Below, in pieces: positions 48,701 through 59,000 of a stretch of DNA of 64,000 nt (positions within the stretch are counted from its first letter, which is position 1; each line of letters opens with the position of its first letter). The notes beneath the pieces are model-generated. The model was not told the DNA's origin and ran no database searches. It saw only the letters and a program-made list of their open reading frames with translations. Source of the stretch: Aplysia californica (lineage: Eukaryota); contig NW_004797416.1 of the NCBI RefSeq assembly GCF_000002075.1, forward strand, positions 258,178 to 322,177, read 5' to 3'. The translations under genes were made by a program, and so were the position numbers.

Positions 48701-51700
48701 CCTAAACAAAAATACATTAGATATTATGCTCCAGTAAAGCTGCATTCTGTGCCTGTAATAAGTTAGTCTCAATACTCACCTGCAGTACAGCAGGATATGA
48801 GTATTCTTTGCCAAGATAGTCACACCTCTCTGAGTAGTTGAATCCGTGACCTTCACATCTGTCCAGCAACACAACATCACTGTCTGAGTCGGACAATGCT
48901 TTCAGTTTGCTTTTATACTCTGAGTTCAAACCAAACTGTGTCGATAGCAGGAACCACTTCCTGTTCTCTCTGAATCAAACAACAAAAAATGCAAGTTACT
49001 GATCTAAACCGATAGTATGTTTAAATTGGCAGGCTGACTTTTGACAAGAAGCAGAAATTGCAAGAGCAGATTTGCCAGTCACACACCTCCCACATAGGAG
49101 TCTTTTTTCAGCAAAGTTGTATTACAATAAGCAGCCATTAATTGCATGCCACTTAGGTGGCAAAGAAGAACCTGAAAAGGGTGACCCTCAGGGCAAAGAA
49201 CCATTTAATATCTGGTCTCTTCACACATGGAGGGTGGGAAAGAAGTATACAGTCCCACCCAGTACAGCATAGGGAGAGCTAAAACTGGTGATAAAAACTG
49301 AAAGAAAAATGACTATATACTGAGAATTAATATGACAAAATCCTTTCTCTGTCTCTTTCAGGTGTAGCAATACTACGTTATTTTCACTTACTAAAATTCT
49401 CATTGTCGGTACTTTTGTCGTATATGAATAAGAGCTTTAACAAGGGACAAAAAAAAAAAGAAGAAAGATACAGAGCCTAAATAAATTAAAATGCCAGCTA
49501 CTTCGACCTCATTGTCGCATTTCAACGAAGCTGCATTTCAAAAAGCATTCAAGGGACCCTATCATGTTACATTCCAAAAGATCCACAACACTGTAAAATA
49601 CACAGCACATGAACACTCATTGCCATAGAATAACTACCATGCAACAAGTACATTAAAGAAATGAAGCGCTGTGGGAAAGGACAGGACAAAAGGATATAGA
49701 AGTAGAAATAGAACTAAGAAAGTGGCAATGGATGGGACACACCTTAAGAAAGCCAAGCGGAAACATCCCAAGACAGTCACTGAAGTGGAACCCACAAGAA
49801 GCACGAGGCAGGGGTAGGCCACGGGACACAAGGAGGAGATGCATGGAAAGGGACATGAGAGAAATGAAGCTCACTTGGAACGAGCTTGGAAGGATGGCCC
49901 AGGAGAGAGAAAAATGGAAGGAGCTTGTATGTGGCCTATACCCTGCCAGGGGTAAAAGTCATTGATGATGACGAACAAGTACATTAGAAAGAACTATGTT
50001 ATACCAAGTCGCCAATGAACAGATAGAGTATGCACAAGTATAGGATGAGAGAAGCACAAAGACTCACGTGTATGACACAAATGACAGCTCCACATCTTCT
50101 AATAGTGGATTGTACAAAGGAATTGTGACATCAAACGTCCTTCGGTATGTCCATGAGGAGAACCCTCCTCCAGCTACCATGGCTTTGCCTGAGTTCACCC
50201 CAAGGAATGTCTTGTAATCCGGAGCTCGGCCTGGTAGCATGTTGATAAGCAGATGGTTTTTACCCTCATTCCACCTGCACCAAAAAAAAACAACTAAAAT
50301 AAAGTTTACTGAGTAGCATGCTACAATCAGAGAACAAATTGTCACTTTGAAAGCAGTATCTGACATTAACAAATTCACTGTTGTTTATTAAATATTTTAA
50401 ATCTAGGTCGTTAAAACACACACTGTGTTACCTAGACAACAGAGATGCACGAGCATCATGAGTTCCATTAGTATGCCACTAACTATTTACTATTTGATGA
50501 ACAATTTAATGCAGACAAAGTGAAAGTCGTAGTGTACAATGATTGTGCGAGCATTTTGTTTCGCAGAAAAATATAAATGTGCTCCACAGGTTTTCACTAA
50601 GAAAGAAATGAGCACGGACTTTTATTTTACAGAAAGGAAGCAATCAGAATGTCATGAAAAGTCAGTAACCTCATACCACACAGCTTACCAAAATTAATAT
50701 TGAAATTCAGTACTGAAGCCTCTGGATGAGCAGAATTTCTGCATATACGGGTTGACCAGCTGCACTATTTACTGTCCTATATCACAAAAGGTGTGCCCAT
50801 CCAAATATGAAGAGGATTTTCATTTCACAAAAATACATACCCATATGTAATGCAAAGGAGTGGGTGATAGGCGGGCGTCACAGCAGTTTATATTGACTTA
50901 TCTATTTTTTTCTATCTTTTCTCATCAACTGACTGAATGACAGGCTTTATTGAAAGAGCTTTTCTCCAGCTCAACAAATAAAAAAGCAGTATGAAAAGGC
51001 ATCTGAGGATGCTCTTTATCCTAAAAGACCCCTCGCCATCTTAAAATAATCCAAAGAGCCTAGACAGAGGATTTAGAAAGTAAAGTTTGCGCTACAGATA
51101 GTCAACAATTATATACTCAAATTCAAACAACATGGGGAAAATTGTAAAAACTTACCACTTCAAAGATGCCAGTATCTGACTGACCTGGGTTTGATTCAAC
51201 AGGTTTTCATTCAAAAGGTCAATAGAAGGGATAAACAAGCACGCAGTCTCTGGATCGTGGGAGTGGTACGGGCTCTCTGCAATCACCTGCAGCATTTCCT
51301 CAAACTCACGAGACATGGGCGGAGTGATGTCATTTCCGTTCTCATCATAATACTGTTGGATAGGGTAGATGTACACGCTTATTGTGGTACTGTCATCATA
51401 ACCACAGTGATAGACTTCTAAACACGTGAAGTTGTGATAAGTGCAGTTTGTATCTCGTGGCTCAGCGTGAGGTGAGGAGGACATAAGCACCACCTTCTCA
51501 TCACTTTGTAACTCTGAAGCCAGGGTCCTAGACAATTTGGAGTCTTGAAATGGAGCCAGCCACCAGAAACCAAGCACAACAAAGGCAAAGCCTATTAAGA
51601 AAATTCCAGAGTAGAAAGAGGGGCACTTGCGGCGAGCCATTACGACAATTTCCAAATGGCCCTCGGCCACTAGGAGGTTGCTACCGCTGGAGAGTAACGC

Positions 51701-51706
51701 TTTCAT
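41378..51706 (-). CDS. EXT2: Exostosin-2 heparan sulfate glycosyltransferase (GT47 + GT64 domains), complete CDS in 11 exons, 718 aa
   Basis: N-terminal type II membrane anchor ([17 protein letters not shown]). GT47 motifs [27 protein letters not shown] and [11 protein letters not shown]64 motifs [30 protein letters not shown] and [14 protein letters not shown]2-type C-terminus [10 protein letters not shown]...[10 protein letters not shown]. Exon lengths sum to 2157 nt in frame. Confidence 0.96.
42280..42982. mobile_element. Kolobok-like non-autonomous DNA element (TTAA flanks)
   Basis: TTAA|GGGGGGCTC ... GAGCTCCC|TTAA: short imperfect TIRs with purine start and TTAA on both sides. Confidence 0.5.
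43303..43431 (-). CDS. EXT2: EXT2 exon
   Basis: [27 protein letters not shown], phase 0-0. Confidence 0.95.
43521..43692 (-). mobile_element. Repeat family B copy
   Basis: Matches 4689-4826 (ttttactgcacttgcaacacaa...ttagag). Confidence 0.75.
44160..44303 (-). CDS. EXT2: EXT2 exon
   Basis: [17 protein letters not shown]...[12 protein letters not shown], phase 0-0. Confidence 0.95.
44875..44971 (-). CDS. EXT2: EXT2 exon with DxD motif
   Basis: [32 protein letters not shown], phase 2-0. Confidence 0.95.
45718..45790. repeat. (GACA)n microsatellite
   Basis: Direct reading. Confidence 0.95.
45819..45888 (-). CDS. EXT2: EXT2 small exon (not in ORF track)
   Basis: [21 protein letters not shown], phase 1-2. 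Confidence 0.92.
46066..46249 (-). CDS. EXT2: EXT2 exon
   Basis: NPLFLP...[11 protein letters not shown]...VVWNNQ, phase 0-1. Confidence 0.94.
46339..46383. repeat. (GTTT)n microsatellite
   Basis: Direct reading. Confidence 0.95.
46717..46942 (-). CDS. EXT2: EXT2 exon
   Basis: AAVTINEE...FWQRYFSS...ILNDRVFP, phase 2-0. Confidence 0.92.
47538..47677 (-). CDS. EXT2: EXT2 exon
   Basis: [15 protein letters not shown]...[10 protein letters not shown], phase 0-2. Confidence 0.94.
47765..47996. mobile_element. MITE with about 33-bp TIRs and TA flanks
   Basis: ta|tgtgag...tgctgacaaaatgagttacttctc ... gagaagtaactcattttgtcagca...ctcaca|ta. Confidence 0.82.
48780..48969 (-). CDS. EXT2: EXT2 exon
   Basis: RKWFLLSTQ...YSYPAVLQ, phase 2-0. 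Confidence 0.92.
49656..49973 (+). mobile_element. 5'-truncated RTE-clade LINE with target-site duplication
   Basis: Open frame [11 protein letters not shown]...[11 protein letters not shown]...[17 protein letters not shown]...[12 protein letters not shown], typical of the RTE ORF C-terminus. (TGA)n tail. Perfect 13-bp TSD AACAAGTACATTA at 49643-49655 and 49974-49986. Confidence 0.9.
50068..50274 (-). CDS. EXT2: EXT2 exon
   Basis: [15 protein letters not shown]...[15 protein letters not shown], phase 2-2. Confidence 0.93.
51156..51706 (-). CDS. EXT2: EXT2 coding exon 1 (acceptor at 51728, so a 5' UTR exon lies upstream)
   Basis: ATG at 51706 (alternative Met at 51640), TM anchor, donor gtaagt. 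Confidence 0.9.
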
Positions 51707-52385
51707 TCATGCGACCATCACTTCAGCTCTGAAAAAAAAAAGGAATGTATATTAAGTTATGACATGGTTATTGAGTAAGTAGCTTGAGGGTTTTCTTTCT
51801 TTCATTTAATATATTTTAAAAGTTAGCAAAAATAACAACAGTCGAACCTGTGTAAGAAAGAATTTTCCATCTTAGACAGGGGAATTTAGTGGGGGGGGGG
51901 GGGTTCAAAGGTCACTTGTCTGGTCAGCAAGCAGTCACAGGGGGTCAAAACTTCACACCTCTCAGCTATCCTCTCTGATAATGACATGTGAAGGGGTACA
52001 AGTACAGAAAATAATGGCTTGCTAGAATAACCTCCTAACTAATGCGCAAGGTAATTTCTCCTTTGTACACTGACACTTTTAAGTTTTCAAAAACTTCCTG
52101 AAAACTCTGCTCCTTAACCTATTGGCACAAAAATGAAATACAAACTAAATAGAAATGAAAGATCCTTAAAAGCAATAATTAAGTCTGCAATAACACGCAG
52201 CTTGAGCATTTAGAATTTGCTGTGGTTTGGTTAATTTTTGTTACAACTCACTGTAAACAACCAGCAGAACTCGACCGGCGCACCACTACTAAAACTAAGA
52301 GTTGAAACATATTTAGTCGTAGTGCATTTCAAATTTCAAAAAGCAACTACTTACTTTACTAAGTTAGTGAGTGTTAGTAGCCTAA

Positions 52386-52768
52386 ATTTTAAAATGCAAG
52401 TGGCTATTTTCCGGCGTCGCGCCAGTCAATAGACTGATGGCTATTCTCCGGCATCACTTCTCCGCAGCTTTCCATCTCCCCTGTCGGCACGTTACAGTCT
52501 TTTATTGTTGCAACTGAGTTCAGTGCCAGATGCGCTTTCTTTTGTACATCCGGCTGTGACTGAGGGTTGTTGGAGCTTCTGGTGCTGTCACTTCTGATAC
52601 AGAAATTCCTCCTTCTACCATCACTGGAGCTTTCATTGAGTGTTTGTGAAAGGTATTTGTCGATAGGGGAGATAGAAAGCAACATGTGCAACTATACATG
52701 ACGCCGGAGAATAGCCATCGATCTATTGACTGGTGTGGCGCCGGAGAATAGCCACTTGCTTTTAAAAT
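52386..52768. mobile_element. MITE/foldback element with about 70-bp inverted repeats
   Basis: 52386-52457 is the near reverse complement of 52698-52768; internal subrepeat TGGCTATTCTCCGGC. Confidence 0.8.
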
Positions 52769-53399
52769 ACCATTATGTAAAAATAGAAGATTTTTAAAAG
52801 ATTCATTTAGTTTGGCTTCTTCTGGAAGGTTTGCGTAACTTGTAATGTGGTACAAATGAAGAAATTAAGTTTGTTGTGTTTCGAACAGAGCATTCATTAT
52901 TACAGTTACAAGCATGACCCTCACATTTACACACAATCACAAAGTCACAAAGTCAAAGTAAGCAAACAACCAAAGAATTCAAAGAAAATGTGGTACTAGG
53001 TACTATCTCGGAGGAAAAAAGTGACTTCAAACCAAGCAAGTAAACTAGCTCCTTGTTTGTTGACCGAAGCTTCTCGCCCCCCCCCCCTCTAAAATATGAG
53101 CCTAGCCCGAAAAGGCCGTGCTAGCCCCATAAAGTGACAACAAATAGCTCTCTATGTAAGATTGAACTTTGGTGGACCCACCGAATGAAGCCGGAACTAC
53201 TTTTGAGCCTCGCAGTGCAATGAATGCCATACAACTGTCCGTTCTTATTTAATCATTTTGCATTTTATGGGTGTTTTTTAAGAATTATAATTGTTGCCAG
53301 AGACTGGGACACCCCCCCCCCCCCCCCCTCCCCTGAACTTCAGGACTGAAACCCCCAACTGTTGGGTTGGCGGTAATCGTTTACTTTCTCACATTTAAT

Positions 53400-55690
53400 T
53401 CCAGCCGCGCCTAGATCTAGACGAAACTCCATTCCATGCATCCCTGACCGGATATATTCAAAACTTTGCACAGCACTGGAGTTAAGAATATGTAAACCAC
53501 GGCAATCTCATCATTTGCAGGTAGTAACATACAGGCTTTAGGCCTTTTGTACTGATTTTGATGGATAATATTCATAGAGTTCAGAATTGTCGCTCGTTAC
53601 GGAAGTCCTCCCCCGGAATTCAAGGTGAGAAAGTAAACAATTAGCACACAGGGTTGGCTTCAAGAATGTAGATCTAGATATCTAGATCTAGAGCGCATTA
53701 GACATCCCGTTAAACGTAGAAAACGTACCTTTCTGATTGGCTGCTAATTTTAGTAATGTGATGTCATGATCTGGGATACCCATAGACTATTTTAAGAAGG
53801 CGGAGGAGGTACCGCATGATAGAATGACGTGTTTCCGGTATATTAATAACATTCCGGAATTCCAGTATTGAGACCGTATGAATGTCAACAATTTCCTTTG
53901 ATTCATTGAGACATTGATGGGTTTGAGCTTCCTAATTTTCCGGTTCACTGCGTCTATTGAATCCATTCTTTAAACATTTCCTCTAGATCAACCATATATA
54001 AAAGAGACTATTCATCATCGGAGCACCGCATCATATCACATTACCCGTCTGGAAAAACATCGCACCAAAGCGTCGTGCCATTCCGTTGGCTATATTTACA
54101 TGATATAGTCACATGATTCAAGGGGTGGTCCGCTCTGACGTCACACAAAATAGCCGCCCTACCTAAAAATAGTTTGCGTCCTTCTGCATTTAATCGCATG
54201 AGAGCATTAGTCCACCAAAGTGATATCCGGCCTAATAATAATACAATACAGATCTAATCTCAATAATTATAATATATATATATATATAGACAGTCTACCT
54301 TACATTCATTACTAGATGGAAGTGGCTATCCTCACCCGGGGTGAGAATAAAAATACGATCGACCTCTCACCCTAGGTGAGACTTGCCAGCGTTGGCTATT
54401 CTCACCCGGTGCGAAACAACACACCTGTTTTTCCAAATTTCGGAATATACTGTCTATCGGTGGGGATGATCAAATTGACAAAAGCAAAGAAAAAAATGAC
54501 GTTATAGCACAAAAGTAAGCTAATTTGATCGTCTACAAAGATGTACTATGGCTATTTCACTTTTCGAATGGAGCCGAACTACACGGGTCGCCATTTTGTT
54601 TTGCCCAGAAGTTCTCACGCCACTCCTCTCTCTCTCTCTACAGACAAAATTGCACCCCCTTTTTAGGCTAACAGTAGTAACACAAGAGCGCTGGAACTTT
54701 TGTTCATGGCACAGAATTCTACAATTCTGTTATCACAGTGTAGAATTCAGTGGTTCAGGGTGAACGCTGCACTGGTTGGCCTAGGCTATAACATAACGCC
54801 AACGGTGAACGCACACCAGGTGAGAATAGAGGTGGCCTTACTAGATATCTAGATCTAGATCTAGAAGTCTAGATCTAACTTACAATGTACAGCAGAACAG
54901 GGTGTATCTAAACACACTACCACTTCTACTAAGAAAGACTAAGTTAGTAAGTCAAGTTAGTAGAAGTACTGGCTCTTCAAGGCTCTTGACATTTTACCTT
55001 TAAGTTGCAAAGTTGTGATAGGAGACACAATAAGGGCATTTCTTATAATCCATCTTCACTAGATCTACTTAGTAGCACAAGCTCCACCAATTACATGTTA
55101 TCGCATAAGCTAATAAGTTTGGGACTAGATCTAGAGGAGCATTTTATTCAAGTTCCAGCCGAAGTGCCACGATCGATGGCATCGATATCAGGAAGTGGGT
55201 GAATGAAAGGAACTTCCGCCTTTGTCTTTTTCTTTTCTTACTGCTAAATCTTTCATACAAGCAATGTCAAGCATTTTCATCAACACTTTATTATGCAATT
55301 ATTAGCCTATGCTTGTCCACTTTCACTTTTTCATCCGAGCGGTTCTGAAGCTGCAAGACGATTAGGACTAGATCTAGTTTTATCGTGCATTTAAGTTCAA
55401 GAAGGAAAATGAAAATAATATAGCTTACAAGGAAAGAAGGGTCATTTTAGTCAAAGGACAATTTAACAAGAGCTTCATTTGAAATGCTGTAGTGCTGTAG
55501 ATCTTGTTTTGCCAGGTCAAAAGTCAAGAGCAAGGCGAAGGCAAAAAAGCACGAAGGATCAAGGTTGTTTCTCCCCCTTTTGTCATAATAATAACAATAA
55601 CAAAACTTGGTACCGGCATCCTGCATATTCTAGATCTATATATCAACCAAATGACCAGCTCTGTCTAAAAGTGTCAGTATTTTTCAGAAT
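53400..55690. promoter_or_regulatory. Probable bidirectional promoter region for EXT2 and RTN4IP1
   Basis: Lies between divergent 5' ends and is visibly richer in CpG. Contains a perfect CRE TGACGTCA (54136-54143), an inverted CCAAT (ATTGG 53736-53740), a YY1-like CGCCATTTTG (54589-54598) and ETS-like CAGGAAGT/ACTTCCG sites (55189-55218). Confidence 0.6.
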
Positions 55691-55710
55691 ATCCTCTCCA
55701 TGTCATAGTC

Positions 55711-56077
55711 ATGACAAGCTTACCAATGTTTGGGAATGTTTGTAGGAAATGTCGAATGCATGGACATGGTGTTATGAGTTCCCTGAGGCTGAGGATTATG
55801 AATAATGTGAACCATGAAACCATGGGCAAAGTCACCCCAATATGTGCATCACCAGTTGCCATAGCATCCTCAATCAAAGTGATTTGGGGACCTGTGAAAT
55901 ATTATTCAAGTTACAGTGGTGCAACAAAGATGAGTGCGTGGCAGATTCACCAGTATGGAAGAACAGAAGAACTGTCGTTTGTTAAAGCAACGAAGGCAGC
56001 CACAATAAAAAGCCCCAATGAAATACTCGTCAAGGTGCATGCAGCAAGCGTTAATCCTATTGATGTGCGAATGATGG
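55711..56077 (+). CDS. RTN4IP1: RTN4IP1 coding exon 1 (candidate acceptor at 55687)
   Basis: ATG at 55711, donor g|gtaaga; the exact start Met is uncertain. Confidence 0.85.
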
Positions 56078-59000
56078 GTAAGAGTGTATCACATTCAGAC
56101 TCTGATCTTTTAATTGATAGTTAATGTTGGCAGGCTACGGTCACAGCGCCCTTTAGCAGTTTGCAGGCACTGTAGTGTTGAGGCTACGTTCACACAACTC
56201 AAGCTTCGTTTAGGGAGAGCCCCCACTATCGGTTTAAGCAAGCCGGTTTCAGTCAGTTACGACAGTGACATATATTTAATATTTTGGCCTGCTTCAAGCG
56301 TTCCATCCCATGAGATGAAGGAAAACAGCAGTGATCCTTGTCCGATCCTCCATTCGTCATTTTCCCTCACTCTAGCTCTTGCTCAGAGCTCGCCAGTATA
56401 AGGGAAAACGACGAACTCTCAATTAGGTTACAACGCATTAGGATATATGTGACAAAAACCTAAAGGCTACGCCTACCAAGATGTTTCAATTACCCTATCT
56501 CGCGTCCTGACGAGACTTGGGCGCTACCTTGTGTTAGCGCGTGACGGCCCGTGATATACAAGTGTAAACAAATGTTCCAGCGCTCTCAAGTTGAAAGTGT
56601 GCAATTTTGTCTGCGGGCAGTGGGTGTGTTTGTGTGTGGGTGTATGAGAGAGAGAGAAGGTGGGTGGGGTGGGGTGAGAGAGAAAAGAGAGAGGGGTAGA
56701 GAAGAGGGGGGGGGGCAAGAAAGAGGGAGGGAGAGACAGACAGACAGAGACAGAGAAGAATAGAAAGAGAAGGGAGGGGGAGAAAGAGAGTCTATTTAAA
56801 GAGAAAGGGGGGAGAGAGACAGAAAGAGAGAAGAGAGAGAGGGTGTTTGTTATTATACGAGGGGCATACCAAAAGTTTTTTTTACCTGATCATGAAGGAA
56901 TAAAGGTAGAAAGCTGAAATTTGGTTCTAAGCTTAGTCTTTCAATCATTATCCGCCTCCCAGAGTTATGTTTGCCATCTGTGAATGACCTTTAAAAGACC
57001 TTGAGAATAGAGAACCCTCTCTGTGTCAGAAAACCAGCCCTCTACCGCTTCTTTGACCTCATCATCACTTTTTTTTACACTGAAATTTTATCACAGCATA
57101 GGATGGGCAATCGACTCCATATGCTGCACGCATCTCCATAAAAATATCCTGTAGTTATTTGCCTTGCTAGAACAAATACTTCATTACTGCCCTGTGCTCA
57201 TTTTTCTCCATTTTTATGTTGAAACTGGAGAACAACGTACCCCCGTTCACTTACAGTGCGCTGGTGATAAAACCAGTTTTAATCTCAAATTCCCTGAAAT
57301 TTACTGTCATTCTAGGAAGATAATTGTTGGCTTTCACCCCAAATTTCAGCTTTCTTCCTTTATTCCTTTATGGTCAGGTAAAAAACTTTTGGTATGCCCC
57401 TCGTAAGAATATTGATTCCCGTCATTTTCTCTCTGCGTCGGTTCCCAGGCTGACCCGATGCAATACAGTCATTATTGTACACATTTTATGACCAGTTCCA
57501 TCTTTCGAATCCCACCTTCTATTTCCCATCCCTCACCTCTTCCCATACCGTATCCAATTTTCCTTATCCATATCCCGACTTTAGTTCTGTAAGGGCGCTT
57601 CGTTTTCCTTCATCTCATGAGATGGAACACTTGAAGCTGGTCAAAATATTAAATATACGTCAGTGTCGTCACTGACTAAAACCGGCTTTACTAACATAAA
57701 CCGGCAGTGGACGCTCCCCATAAATGAAGCTTTAGTGCCATGAACGTAGCCTCAACAGCGCCTGCAAACTGCATTCAGGGCGCCATGAACATAGCCTGCC
57801 AAGTTATGTTCACGGCGCCGTGAACGTAGTCACTGTGTATTTATTTAATAAAATAATGAAACACGGTTGAGCCTGCTCTTACAACCACTTTTCAAAGATG
57901 ACCACCTGTACTAACGACTACTTCTCACTTCCTTCCTTGTGTTTTTGCTTGTAATGAACCTGTCCAAGATGGCCACTTGCCCCACATGACCGCTATATTT
58001 TATTAACCAACATCCCGAAAAGCTGTCCAAGACACTTAGCCTTAATGCGGAGGAGGTAATAGAAGAAATGACAACTACCATCAGGCCTATAAATGCTGGT
58101 GATAGTTTGACTTGTCCTTACTTCAGCTTTTGATTATAGTATGACAAGTTTCCCATGTGCCTTTAGCACGACAACTGAGAGTTTACAGCTTGAACTATCG
58201 TAATACTGATTTTTTACCGCTACTGTATTTCAGCCAGGAATCACAATATATCATTTGAAAATATCCATAAAAATGAAAATAAGCTTGAAGGAAAGATAAA
58301 TCCCACTTTATTCATCCCCTTGAGAAATTTGTTTTACAGTACATAAATACACAAATACATTAATTAATACATGATATGCATGAATAAAACACAATGTCAG
58401 AAACATAGACTATCCACAAAGCATTGCAGGTGGCCACTGTGCAACGCCCTGTTTTTGAGCTACTGTCATCGTGCCTTGCTCAAGGACACATGCCTATGAC
58501 CCACGCTTTGTCACTGACACACCCTTGACATTTTACTCATCTTTTCATAACCACTCCCCCCTCCCCCCCCCCCAAAAAAAAAAAAAACTAAAGAAAGAAA
58601 TACTGCTTTGTGGATTTCCCATATTTGCTTTGACTTTGAACCAATCTGTGCTGAAAAGTGGATAATGCTCACATTTTTAAAAAGTAGAATATTATTGGAA
58701 AACAATAGCTCAAATCTGGAGTATTTTATAATAATACTGAATACTACTTTCTTTTACATTTTGGAATCTGAAGAGAGTATGATTTCTTCGAAAAAGTGAC
58801 ACATCATAGGTCGGGCTATAGAGAAGAGATAAATGTTTGCTGATCTGGAACACAGACTAATCTAATTTACAAGATTTTTATTAGTAGAAATGGGTTTTTT
58901 TTATCAGCATGCTGTAATTTTTATTATTTACAGATGGATATGGGCGGAAACTCATCAATGTACTACGCGCTCAGAAAGGTTTTATGAAGTCAGGAACAGA

